Assembly: GCA_965284395.1 (NCBI GenBank)
Contig: OZ260084.1
Coordinates: forward strand, 3,158,566-3,222,565
Direction: 5' to 3'
From: Limisphaerales bacterium
GTDB taxonomy: Bacteria > Verrucomicrobiota > Verrucomicrobiia > Limisphaerales > UBA9464
DNA: 64,000 nucleotides
The position numbers and the translations under genes were made by a program. Positions 19,554 through 27,874 of this stretch are shown here, in pieces. Numbering within the stretch: the first letter of the stretch is position 1; every line of letters begins with the position of its first letter. The notes below the pieces were generated by a model. That model did not search any database, was not told the origin of the DNA, and saw only the letters and a program-made list of their open reading frames with translations.

Positions 19554-19690
19554 CCGGGTGAGGGCACCCGGCCTACAGAAGGAGCAGGCGCCGGGTGAGG
19601 GCACCCGGCCTACAGAAGGAGCAGGCGCCGGGTGAGGGCACACGGCCTACAGAAGGAGCAGGCGCCGGGTGAGGGCACACGGCCTGCACT
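19554..19690. repeat. Tandem direct repeat, 37-bp unit x ~3.7 (ccgggtgagggcacccggcctacagaaggagcaggcg), each unit carrying a 7-bp-stem hairpin
   Basis: period-37 copies starting 19554, 19591, 19628, 19665; units 3-4 carry a C>A change (cacacgg) weakening the ccgggtg/cacccgg stem; lies between convergent tyrS and membrane-protein gene ends. Confidence 0.85.
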
Positions 19691-19694
19691 GCGT

Positions 19695-21389
19695 TCAGCC
19701 GGGCGGGATGGGGGTGATGGAGTCGATGCCGCGTCGGGCGAGGAGCGCGATGGTGAGTCTCAGGGCGAGGTAATTGACCGGCAGGAGCGCGGCGGCGGCG
19801 ATCAGCCCTCCGATGGGAATGATGCAGACCATGAGGCCGAGGAGGTCGAGCAGGAGGACGGCGACGACGAAGGCGAGGCCGAGGTAGGAGACCAGACCTT
19901 TCATCCAGCCGCGGTTGACGGCCTGGAATCGGTAGATGGTGAGCGCGGGTCGGATGGCGATCCAGATCAGGGCAACCTGGGCCCCGATGAGGGCACCGAC
20001 GCCGTAGCCGTGGCCGAGGAAGCCCGAAGCGATGGCGGCGGTGGCGGTGCTGACGGGAAGGGCGGCGAGGGCGCGGACGACGGTGGCCTTCCACTGGACG
20101 GTGGCGACCTCGGAGAAACGGACTGGCAGGACGTGGATGGGGCAGATCTGGATTCCGGTGTCGGCCATGACCGCGGGACGGAGTGTGAAGCTGGAGGAGA
20201 GTGGCAACAGGTACAGGGAACCGGCCGCATAGCCGATGAATGAGAGCGGCAGCCAATCGGGTGCCCACAGGCCGAGCGTGACGGAAACCGGGACCGTGCA
20301 GGCAAGGACGATGGAGCCGGTGCCCCAGCGGGTGGACCAGTCCGGCCAGGAGAGGCGGAGATACTCTGCGACAGTGCGTTCGCGCGGAGTCCACCACCGC
20401 CAGACGAGGGCCTCGATGCGGCCCGGAGGGTTCTCCAGATTGGAGGTGAGGAAGGAGCGGTTGAGGATGTCGTCGACGATGGCGGTTTCGCCGCGGGACG
20501 GGGGTGACTGCTGCGCGATGGCGACGGACTCGGCGAGTTCTTCGTCGGCGTCCTCCGGGGTTTCGAGGAACAGGTCGAGGAGGATGGCGTCGCGATACTG
20601 GTAGTTGGCGCAAGTCCAGCGGAGGTTCAGAGGCAGGGTGGAAAGCAGGGGAACGAGGGGGATGAGGGCGACAGCCAGGTGCCAGGGACCGTTCTCGACC
20701 AGGGCCGACCAGGGAAGGATGACCCAGCCGGTGGGCAGCAAGGCGGCGAGTAGGTCGCCGTGGGCGGTCATGAGTTGTTCGACGCGGGCTTCAACCCATT
20801 TTGAACCCTTGATGGAGAGCAGCAGGATGACGGTGGCTGGCAGGGAAATGGCCATGGGTACGGCAAGCCATCGGGAGCGGGCGGCGGCGAGGGCATAGGT
20901 GACGGCAACGAGAGGGAAGGCCACGGCGATGAGGAGGCCGGCGAGAATGGGCACGCCGAAGCCGGGGCCGGTGCGGAGGTGGGAGGCGAGGATGGCGAAT
21001 CCGGCCCCGGCAGCGACGCTGATGAAGGCGATGTGGCGGGCGGCCCGGGCGGCCTGGCGGCGGAGGACGTCGATCGGAGCGACGGGCAGCAGGGCGAAGA
21101 GGGCGAGGTGGGGATGGTTTCGGAGGTTGGCATCGATGACGAACCCGACGTAGGCGATGCCGATGAACAGAAGGAGGCTCAGTGAAAAGTGGCGTGGGGC
21201 CGGGTCCATCGCGCCGATGAAGGGCGGGGCAACGATGGCGATGCCGAGGACGAAGGGATTCCCGGTCCAGCGGAAGAGGACGCGGATCCAGGAGTAGAGG
21301 TTGCGGCCGACGCCACGGGTTGTGCGTGCGGCGGCTAGAAGTCGGCGAGTGCGGACGAGGAACTCGGGCGATGGTTGGATGCCCCACAT
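19695..21389 (-). CDS. Polytopic membrane protein (564 aa), putative ABC-2-like permease partner of upstream ABC ATPase
   Basis: start MWGIQPSPEF (ATG 21389) 5 bp after the oxidoreductase stop; >=10 hydrophobic helices; low-complexity N-terminal extension of ORF 19695..21743 rejected. Confidence 0.55.
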   Translation of the reverse strand: MWGIQPSPEFLVRTRRLLAAARTTRGVGRNLYSWIRVLFRWTGNPFVLGIAIVAPPFIGAMDPAPRHFSLSLLLFIGIAYVGFVIDANLRNHPHLALFALLPVAPIDVLRRQAARAARHIAFISVAAGAGFAILASHLRTGPGFGVPILAGLLIAVAFPLVAVTYALAAARSRWLAVPMAISLPATVILLLSIKGSKWVEARVEQLMTAHGDLLAALLPTGWVILPWSALVENGPWHLAVALIPLVPLLSTLPLNLRWTCANYQYRDAILLDLFLETPEDADEELAESVAIAQQSPPSRGETAIVDDILNRSFLTSNLENPPGRIEALVWRWWTPRERTVAEYLRLSWPDWSTRWGTGSIVLACTVPVSVTLGLWAPDWLPLSFIGYAAGSLYLLPLSSSFTLRPAVMADTGIQICPIHVLPVRFSEVATVQWKATVVRALAALPVSTATAAIASGFLGHGYGVGALIGAQVALIWIAIRPALTIYRFQAVNRGWMKGLVSYLGLAFVVAVLLLDLLGLMVCIIPIGGLIAAAALLPVNYLALRLTIALLARRGIDSITPIPPG

Positions 21390-21393
21390 GGTG

Positions 21394-22453
21394 TCAAAGG
21401 GCGCCGACGGCTCGGAGGAGAGTCTCCTGCGTGGTCCGTTCGGTGGCGGGCTCGATGGGAAGTGGGCGGTTGTCGAGGACGCAGGCGGCGAGTTCGGCAA
21501 GTTCCCCGACGTAGCGGGAGTAGGGAGGGAGAGAAACGGAGGTGCGTCCGGCAGGGAGGTCGGCGTGAGAGCGCGCGAGGTCGAGGGTGAGGTTGGGGGG
21601 CTCGATCGGCTGAAGGAGGGCGTTGCCGCGGGTTCCGCAGAACTCGAAGGATCGGTTGTCGCCGGCGTTGTGACGAAGGGTGGAGCTGGTGATGACGACC
21701 GTGGTCTTCGGGAGCTCCAGGACGGCGACGTTGGCGTCGGCAAGGCGATCGGAGCCGGTGCCGCCGAGGGTTCGGAGGAACGGTGTCACCCGGGTGGGGC
21801 GGCCGAAGAGACGGACTGCGGCGTCGATGACGTGGGATCCGAGCTCGAAGAGGACGCCGCCCGGGAAGCGCGCCCATTCGGCGCGACGGGCTGAGGCGAG
21901 TTGGTTGTCGATGGCGATGCGGACCAGGAATACGTCGCCAAGTGCACCCTCGCGGATGAGGTCGGCAACGCGATTGATGCCGGGATGATGGCGCCACATG
22001 TATCCGACCTGGAGCAGGCGTTTCTTCGCGGCGGCAAGGCGGAGGAGTTCGTCGATCTCCGGGAGGGTGAGGGCGGGTGGTTTCTCGAGGTGTACGTGAC
22101 GCCCGGCTTCGAGCGCGAGCCGCGCGAGCGGTGCGTGTTGGGGGACGTCGGACTCGACGAGGATGACTTCGGCCTGATCGAGGAGTTCGCCTTGACTGAG
22201 GATGGGCACGCCGCGGGCGGAGTATTCGGCGGCCAGGGTTGGGGTTTCTGGCCACGCACCGACCAGGTTCCAGTCGGGAGACGTCTGGAGGAGTCGGCAC
22301 TTCTCGGCGGCGTGGGAGTAAGCGAGGCCAAGGAAGCCGACCGGAATGCGGCGGGTGGGTTGGTTGGGTTGGGCAGCGATGGAAGGGAGGGTCGCGCCTG
22401 CGGCGGCGATGGCCGAGGCGGTGACGAAGGAGCGTCGGGTCATGGGATCACCG
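21394..22453 (-). CDS. Gfo/Idh/MocA-family NAD(P)-dependent oxidoreductase with Tat signal
   Basis: 'MTRRSFVTASAIAAAGATLP' twin-arginine signal; Rossmann 'IPVGFLGLAYSHA'; 'VHLEKP' MocA motif; alternative start 22471. Confidence 0.8.
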
Positions 22454-23200
22454 GGTTTCATGGAGGTTGGCGATGGCCGCGGCGAGGATCCCGTCGCCGG
22501 TGTCGGTGACGCGGGTGCGGAGGTTCTGGACGGTCTCGAAGATGCGGACCTCGCCGTGGTGAAGGATGCAGACGTGGTCGGCGAACCGTTCGGCAGCCTC
22601 GAGGACCTGGGTGGTGAAGAGGATGGTGCGACCGCGGGCGGCGGCGTTGCGGACCTCGGTCCGGAAGAGGGAGATGCCCTGTGGGTCCATGCCGGAGGCA
22701 AGCGGTTCGTCGAGGAGCCAGAGCTCGGGGTCGATGATGAGCAGGGCGATGAGGGCGACCTTGTAGGACTGGCCGCGGGAGAGGGATTCGACGGGGGCTT
22801 CGGCGTGGTCGAGAAGGTCGAAGGCGCGGAGCCAGTGGATGACGCGTTCGGGGGCGTCGGGGCTGTCTGCGCCGTAGATTCGGAGGACGAGGCCGAGGCT
22901 TCGGACGAGGGTTTCGCTGCTGAAGTGGGGAGGGAAGTCGGGGAGGAAGACGATGCGGCGGCGAAGTTCGAGGTTCTCGGCGGAGAACGGCTGGCCGTCG
23001 TAGGTGAGCGCGCCGTGGTCGGGCCGGATCAGGCCGGCGAGGCAGCGGAGGAGGGTGGTCTTGCCGGCGCCATTGGACCCGAGAATGGCAACGATCTGAC
23101 CTGGGGTGAACGAAACGGAGACCTTGTCGAGGGCGCGGGTGCGTCCGTAGGTCTTGGAGACGGAGGAGAGTTCGACGTTCACGTGGTGGCGTAGGCTCAA
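22448..23200 (-). CDS. ABC transporter ATP-binding protein
   Basis: Walker A 'GSNGAGKTT', signature 'LSRGQ', Walker B 'LWLLDEP'; overlaps start of downstream oxidoreductase. Confidence 0.85.
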   Translation of the reverse strand: MSLRHHVNVELSSVSKTYGRTRALDKVSVSFTPGQIVAILGSNGAGKTTLLRCLAGLIRPDHGALTYDGQPFSAENLELRRRIVFLPDFPPHFSSETLVRSLGLVLRIYGADSPDAPERVIHWLRAFDLLDHAEAPVESLSRGQSYKVALIALLIIDPELWLLDEPLASGMDPQGISLFRTEVRNAAARGRTILFTTQVLEAAERFADHVCILHHGEVRIFETVQNLRTRVTDTGDGILAAAIANLHETR

Positions 23201-23259
23201 GTTTCAAGTTTCAAGTTTCAAGTACAGTGCGTGGCGAGACTGGCCGCGAGTGAGAACAC

Positions 23260-23333
23260 AAACGGGGTGGCGACGTCCTCGTCGCCTCAGGAGAGGGCAT
23301 GGGAGGGCAACGAGGACGTTGCCGCCCCGTTTT
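23260..23333 (+). other. Long imperfect inverted repeat (22-bp arms, ~27-nt loop) followed by T-tract; candidate attenuator or sRNA 3' end
   Basis: aacggggtggcgacgtcctcgt ... acgaggacgttgccgccccgtt then tttgaatt; 130 bp upstream of CBM48 gene. Confidence 0.4.
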
Positions 23334-23465
23334 GAATTAAGGGTCAATTGCCAAGGACCGGGCAACCGAGGGTGGATCTCGGGCAAGGGGGGCCGAGAGA
23401 AGTGTCGACAAGGAGCGACATTGGGTGCGTCCTGATGATGGAAGCAGGAGAAAGGAACATCCGCC

Positions 23466-23801
23466 ATGAAGCCGAAGAAAATCACGAAGAAGAAGGCTGC
23501 AGCAACGGAGCCCGTTTCCGCGGTTCCGGAGGCGGCAGATGCGCCGCGCCGGGTGTTGTTTGACGTTCACCTGGGTGGGGCCCGTGAGGTGTACCTCGCC
23601 GGGACGTTCAATGACTGGCACCCAACAACCCTTCCGATGGTCGATATGGGGTTGGGGCGATGGGAGAAGGAGATCCTGGTTCCGCCTGGGGTCTACGAAT
23701 ACCTGTTCGTGGCCGATGGGCGGTGGATCCCGGATCCCGAGTGCACGGTGACGGTTCCCAATCCGCATGGAGGGGTGAACTGCGTTCGCCGGGTTTCGTA
23801 G
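23466..23801 (+). CDS. Small CBM48/AMPK-beta-like glycogen-binding domain protein
   Basis: 'REVYLAGTFNDWHP...MVDMGLGRWEKEILVPPGVYEYLFVADGRWIPDPE' matches glycogen-binding module. Confidence 0.6.
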   Translation: MKPKKITKKKAAATEPVSAVPEAADAPRRVLFDVHLGGAREVYLAGTFNDWHPTTLPMVDMGLGRWEKEILVPPGVYEYLFVADGRWIPDPECTVTVPNPHGGVNCVRRVS

Positions 23802-23861
23802 GAGCCGGCCGGTGCGGCCGGAGCAAGCGGTTGAATTGTCTTCAGGAAGGAGTTCGAAGCC

Positions 23862-24434
23862 ATGAACACGAATACAGGCAAGAATGCGGGTACCGGCGAC
23901 GCCGGCGTGAAGTTGGTGGTGGAAGGCAAGGGTGGGCAGGGGCATGCGACGGTTCCGGCGACACAGCTGGCACCGCTGCGGTTCCAGCTGAAGAAGGTGT
24001 TGGTGCCGGTCGACTTCTCGGAGCCTTCGCGGAAGGCGATCCACTACGCGCAGGTCTTCGCCGAGCAGTTCGGTGCGAAGTTGACCCTGTTGCACGTGGT
24101 CGAGCCCTTGAGCTATCCGCCGGACTTTGCGGTGGTGCCTTTGTTGCCGCCCGATGCGGAGGGGCCCCGCCTCCGGGAGTTGGCGAAACATCTGGAGGAA
24201 CTCGGCCGGGCGGTCGGGGGAGGCGTGGAGACCGAGTCGGTGGTGATCTCGGGCCGGCCTTGGCAGGGCGTGGTGGATTACGCGAAGGAGTCGGACACGG
24301 ACCTGATCATCGTATCGACGCACGGGTACACCGGGCTGAAGCACGTGCTGCTCGGCAGCGTGACCGAGAAGATCGTGCGGCATGCACCCTGCCCGGTGTT
24401 GGTGGTGCGGGACGAGGAACACGACTTCGCGTGA
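23862..24434 (+). CDS. Universal stress protein (UspA family)
   Basis: 'KKVLVPVDFSEPSRKAIHYA' and 'DLIIVSTHGYTGLKHVLLGSVTEKIVRHAPCPVLVV' Usp ATP-binding motifs. Confidence 0.8.
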   Translation: MNTNTGKNAGTGDAGVKLVVEGKGGQGHATVPATQLAPLRFQLKKVLVPVDFSEPSRKAIHYAQVFAEQFGAKLTLLHVVEPLSYPPDFAVVPLLPPDAEGPRLRELAKHLEELGRAVGGGVETESVVISGRPWQGVVDYAKESDTDLIIVSTHGYTGLKHVLLGSVTEKIVRHAPCPVLVVRDEEHDFA

Positions 24435-24555
24435 GGCGGGGTGAAGTGGAATGGAACGTTCGGAAAGCGACGGCGGTCGGTCGCTCCCGATGACGAAACG
24501 AAAAAGGCGCCGTGGCTCTCGCCACGGCGCCTTGCTTGCGTAGGGATGCGCGGGA

Positions 24556-27500
24556 CTACGGGCGCATCAGGCGGAACATGCGTTGGTCATCGTCGACCGG
24601 GAGAAGGACCGTGTAGCGGTCGCCGACGAGTTGCGGCGTGTTCGGCAGGTTCTGCCATTCCGAGTTGGAGACCTCGGAGTTGGCCTGGACCAGGAGGCCG
24701 GGGAAGTTGCTGCTCCAGGAGAGCTTCACCTGGTTGTTGGGGGCGGATTCGATGGCGAGCTTGAGGCCCACGAAGATCGGCCATTCCCAGGAGTAGGTGC
24801 CGCCGTCGTCATCGGAGACCGTCATCTTGATCCGGAAGATGCCGTCGCCGGGGAAGGCGTGGGCGAGTTGGACCTTGCGGTCTTCGGTGACGCCGAGCTT
24901 CTGCTCGGGGCTGGAATCACCCCAGTTGACGAGGGCGGTGAAGGTGTCGGCGCCGGGGTCGATGATGTCGATGATCTGGTCGAGGGCCTCGCCGGAGGCG
25001 AGGACCTTGGGCGGTCCCTGGAAGAAGACCGGCGGGTGATTGGTGACGAGGACCGGGTCGTAGGCCTGGATCGAGGAGATGCCGTTCGGGCTGAAGAGGT
25101 GCGCCGTGATCGCGCGGGTGGTCTCCGACGGGCCGGTCGGGGTGTCGTCAGCGTACTTGTGGCCGATGGCGAAGCTGCCGCCGGTGACGTTGTTGGTGGT
25201 GTTGGGAGTGCCATCGCCCCAGTTGACGACGAGCTTCATGGTATCCTGGAGGTTGGTCCATTCGTAGAGCCCGTTGAGGGTCATCACGGCACCTTCCATC
25301 ACCGGGGTCTGGCCGGCGAAGCGGGTGATGACGGGGTTGGGTTGGCCGCTGATGATGGCGAACTCATTTCCGTTTCCGCCATTGTACCTGGCCGTGAAAG
25401 TGCCGCCGGCGGTGTGCAGGACCGTGTTGGCCGGGATGGCGTCGAAGGTGCCGCCGATGACCAGGACCGAGACGGTCTCGATGAGGGCGATGGCTTGTCC
25501 GGAGGGGATGACGTTGTGGACCTCGAGGTCGAGCTTGGCGCCGCCGAGGGTCGTCTTGTCCTGGACGCGGATCTGGTCGTAGCCCGTGCCTGCAGTCGTG
25601 CCGTTGACGTGGGCTTCGTAGATGGCGCCCGCTTCGAGGTTCAGGTCGTTGTCGACGATGATGCGGCCGGGGCCGAGCCTGCCGGGCGAGACGGTGCCGC
25701 CGGCCTTGACGGTGAGGGTGTCGATGGTGGGTTCACCGGTGAGGATGGCTTCGGCGGTCACCTCGACCGTGGCGTTCGGGAGGTTACCGTTGAGGTTCAA
25801 TTCGCCGCCGGACACGAAGATCTTGCCGGCGAAGTCACCGGTGGCGGTCATGGCGAGTCGGCCGGTGCCGGACTTGATGAAAGTGGAACCGGGCGTGCCG
25901 TTCAGGGTTCCGTCGAACTCCACGTTGTGGATGTTGTCGGCGAAGAGGGTCCTGAGGACGCCGTCGTTGAGCTGGATGGTGCCGCGGCCGTCCACGACGC
26001 GCACCACCTCGGCCTCTGCGCCCATGGACAGGGTGCCTGTCTTGAGGATGAAGATGGACAGGTTGTCCGGGATTTGGTGCGACCCGCTCAGAGTGAGCTT
26101 GGCGGTGACCATTCCGGCTTGAGGTTGGCCGACGGTGATCGAACCTCCGGTGGCGGTGGCCAGGGGAGCCTTCGCGAGGATGAGCTCACCCTGGGCCACG
26201 TCGATGCCGCCCTCCATCGTGTTGGACTCGGTGCCGCCGAGACGGAGCGGTGCGCTGCCGTCCTTGATCAATTCGCCAGGACCCGTGATGGGGCCATTGA
26301 GCTGGGCAAGGCTGGGGCTGCCGCCAGCGGTAACCCGGGTGATGCCTTCGAGGTGGATGGGGCCGTTCCAGAAGGAATTGTTGCCCAGGCCCAGCTCAAC
26401 CGCGTTTTGAAGGGTGCCGGGGCCCATCCACAGCGATTCCCCGGCGATACCCTTGAAGGAGCCGATGAAGAGGGATGCGCCCAACTCGATGCGGACGCCG
26501 CCGGCGGTCGTTCCGAAAGCCTTGGAGTTGTCAGCGGCGAGGGAGCCTGCCTGCGCCTGGACGGGACCGCTGAAGGTGTTCGCGCCGGCGAGGCTGAGGC
26601 CGCCAGGACCCGTCTTGACGATGCCTGCACCCTCGGCGCCGGAGATGGCGGCACTGATGGTCAGGTAGCCCGAGGTATTGAACGTGCGGGTGGCGGAGCC
26701 GAGCGAGATGGCACCATCGATGACGGAGGATCCGGTGGATTCGACGTCGGCGCTGAGGGTGACCAGCGCGCCGTCCGTGTAGAGCCGGCCGCCGTTGATC
26801 GAGAGGGGCCCGATGGTGTCCGTGAAGCTCGCGGTCTGGAGCATGCCGGACTCGTTGATGGTGATCTTGGCGGTATCGGCGATCTGGTCAGCGGCAAGAT
26901 AGCGGACCTCGGCAGGGACGCTGCTGCCCGGGGTGCCGATGATGATGTCTTCCGGGATCGCGGGGGCACCGGTGAGGATTCCGACGCTGAGGTCGAGCCG
27001 GCCGGCCGCGACGCGGGTGATGCCGGTGTAGAGCGAGCTGGCTGCCGAGTCGAGGAGCAGGATGCCGCTGCCGATCTTGGAGAAGCCGCCGGCGCCGCGA
27101 AGGACGCTCTCGATGCGGAGCGTCTGGTTGGTGGCGACGGAGAATTCGTTGAAGTTCCGGCCGTTGCTCAGCTGGAGCGAGAGGGAGGAGGCGATCTTGT
27201 TTCCGGAGCCGGTCGAGGAGACGAGGCCGCCGTTGCGGAGGGTCACGATGTTGCCGGCGCCCTTGCCGAACAGCGTGTAGTTGTTGCCGGTGATGCGGAT
27301 CTCGTCGACGACCAGGCCGGCGAGGTCATTGGTCGAAAGCTTCTCGGAGGCGGACTCGGGGAACACGAGGATGACGGGAGATGCCTCGTTGGTGGTCGGC
27401 ACGCCGCCGTTCCAGTTGAAGGGGTCGCTCCAGGTCCGGGTGATGTTCCCGAAGAATCCCGTGCCGTGCCAGGTGTGGGTGTCGGCCTTGGCGAGAGGGG

Positions 27501-27557
27501 AGGCGAGCGTGAGGGTCGCCAGGCCCGCCGCGATGCCGTATTTGATTTTCGTTTTCA
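24556..27557 (-). CDS. Large secreted surface protein with autotransporter-associated beta-strand (PATR) repeats, two PKD-like domains and C-terminal conserved module
   Basis: signal peptide 'MKTKIKYGIAAGLATLTLASPLAKA' (ATG 27557); many 'G.L.L.G.NTY/FSG.V.V.AG.L' repeats; 'VNWGDGT...GHKYADD' and 'VNWGDSSP...MTVSDDDGG' PKD signatures; ends 'QRMFRLMRP'. Confidence 0.8.
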
Positions 27558-27874
27558 TTTCTGGTGACGGCTCCCGTTGTATCCGAGGCGGGTGTCGGCG
27601 CGGAATCCGACCTCGGTCCGGCGGATGCGGCGGAACATCCGACTCTGGTGGTAGGACGAGGGGCGGAGGGGGGAGGGGCAGAAGCCCGGGCTCATGCACC
27701 CCGTCGCGAATCAGGGAGGGGTGTAGCTGCTGCAACCCCTGCCGGGGTTGGTGTCGAGCTGGGCGCAGGACCCGGGGTCGCTTCGCACCCCGTATTGCCT
27801 ACCGGCTGCCACGCCTCCGGCGTATGGGGTGGAGTTCCGCCTCCTGACGTTGGCGGCTACGGAGGTTGCTGGGT

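Noticed and set aside
18029-19567. N-terminal 510 aa of ORF 17774..19567 (minus strand)
   Set aside because: Antisense to tyrS; only the last 84 codons (antitoxin) look protein-like and pair with vapC.
19554-19690. 37-bp tandem repeat as a CRISPR array
   Set aside because: Units are directly abutting with no spacers; no cas genes nearby.
19695-21743. 682-aa version of the membrane protein
   Set aside because: N-terminal 118 aa are Pro/Ser/Thr low-complexity overlapping the oxidoreductase gene; MWGIQ start lies 5 bp after that gene's stop.
24583-27567. 994-aa ORF on the plus strand
   Set aside because: Antisense to the PATR surface-protein gene; Gly/Asp/Ala-rich artefact with no domain signal.
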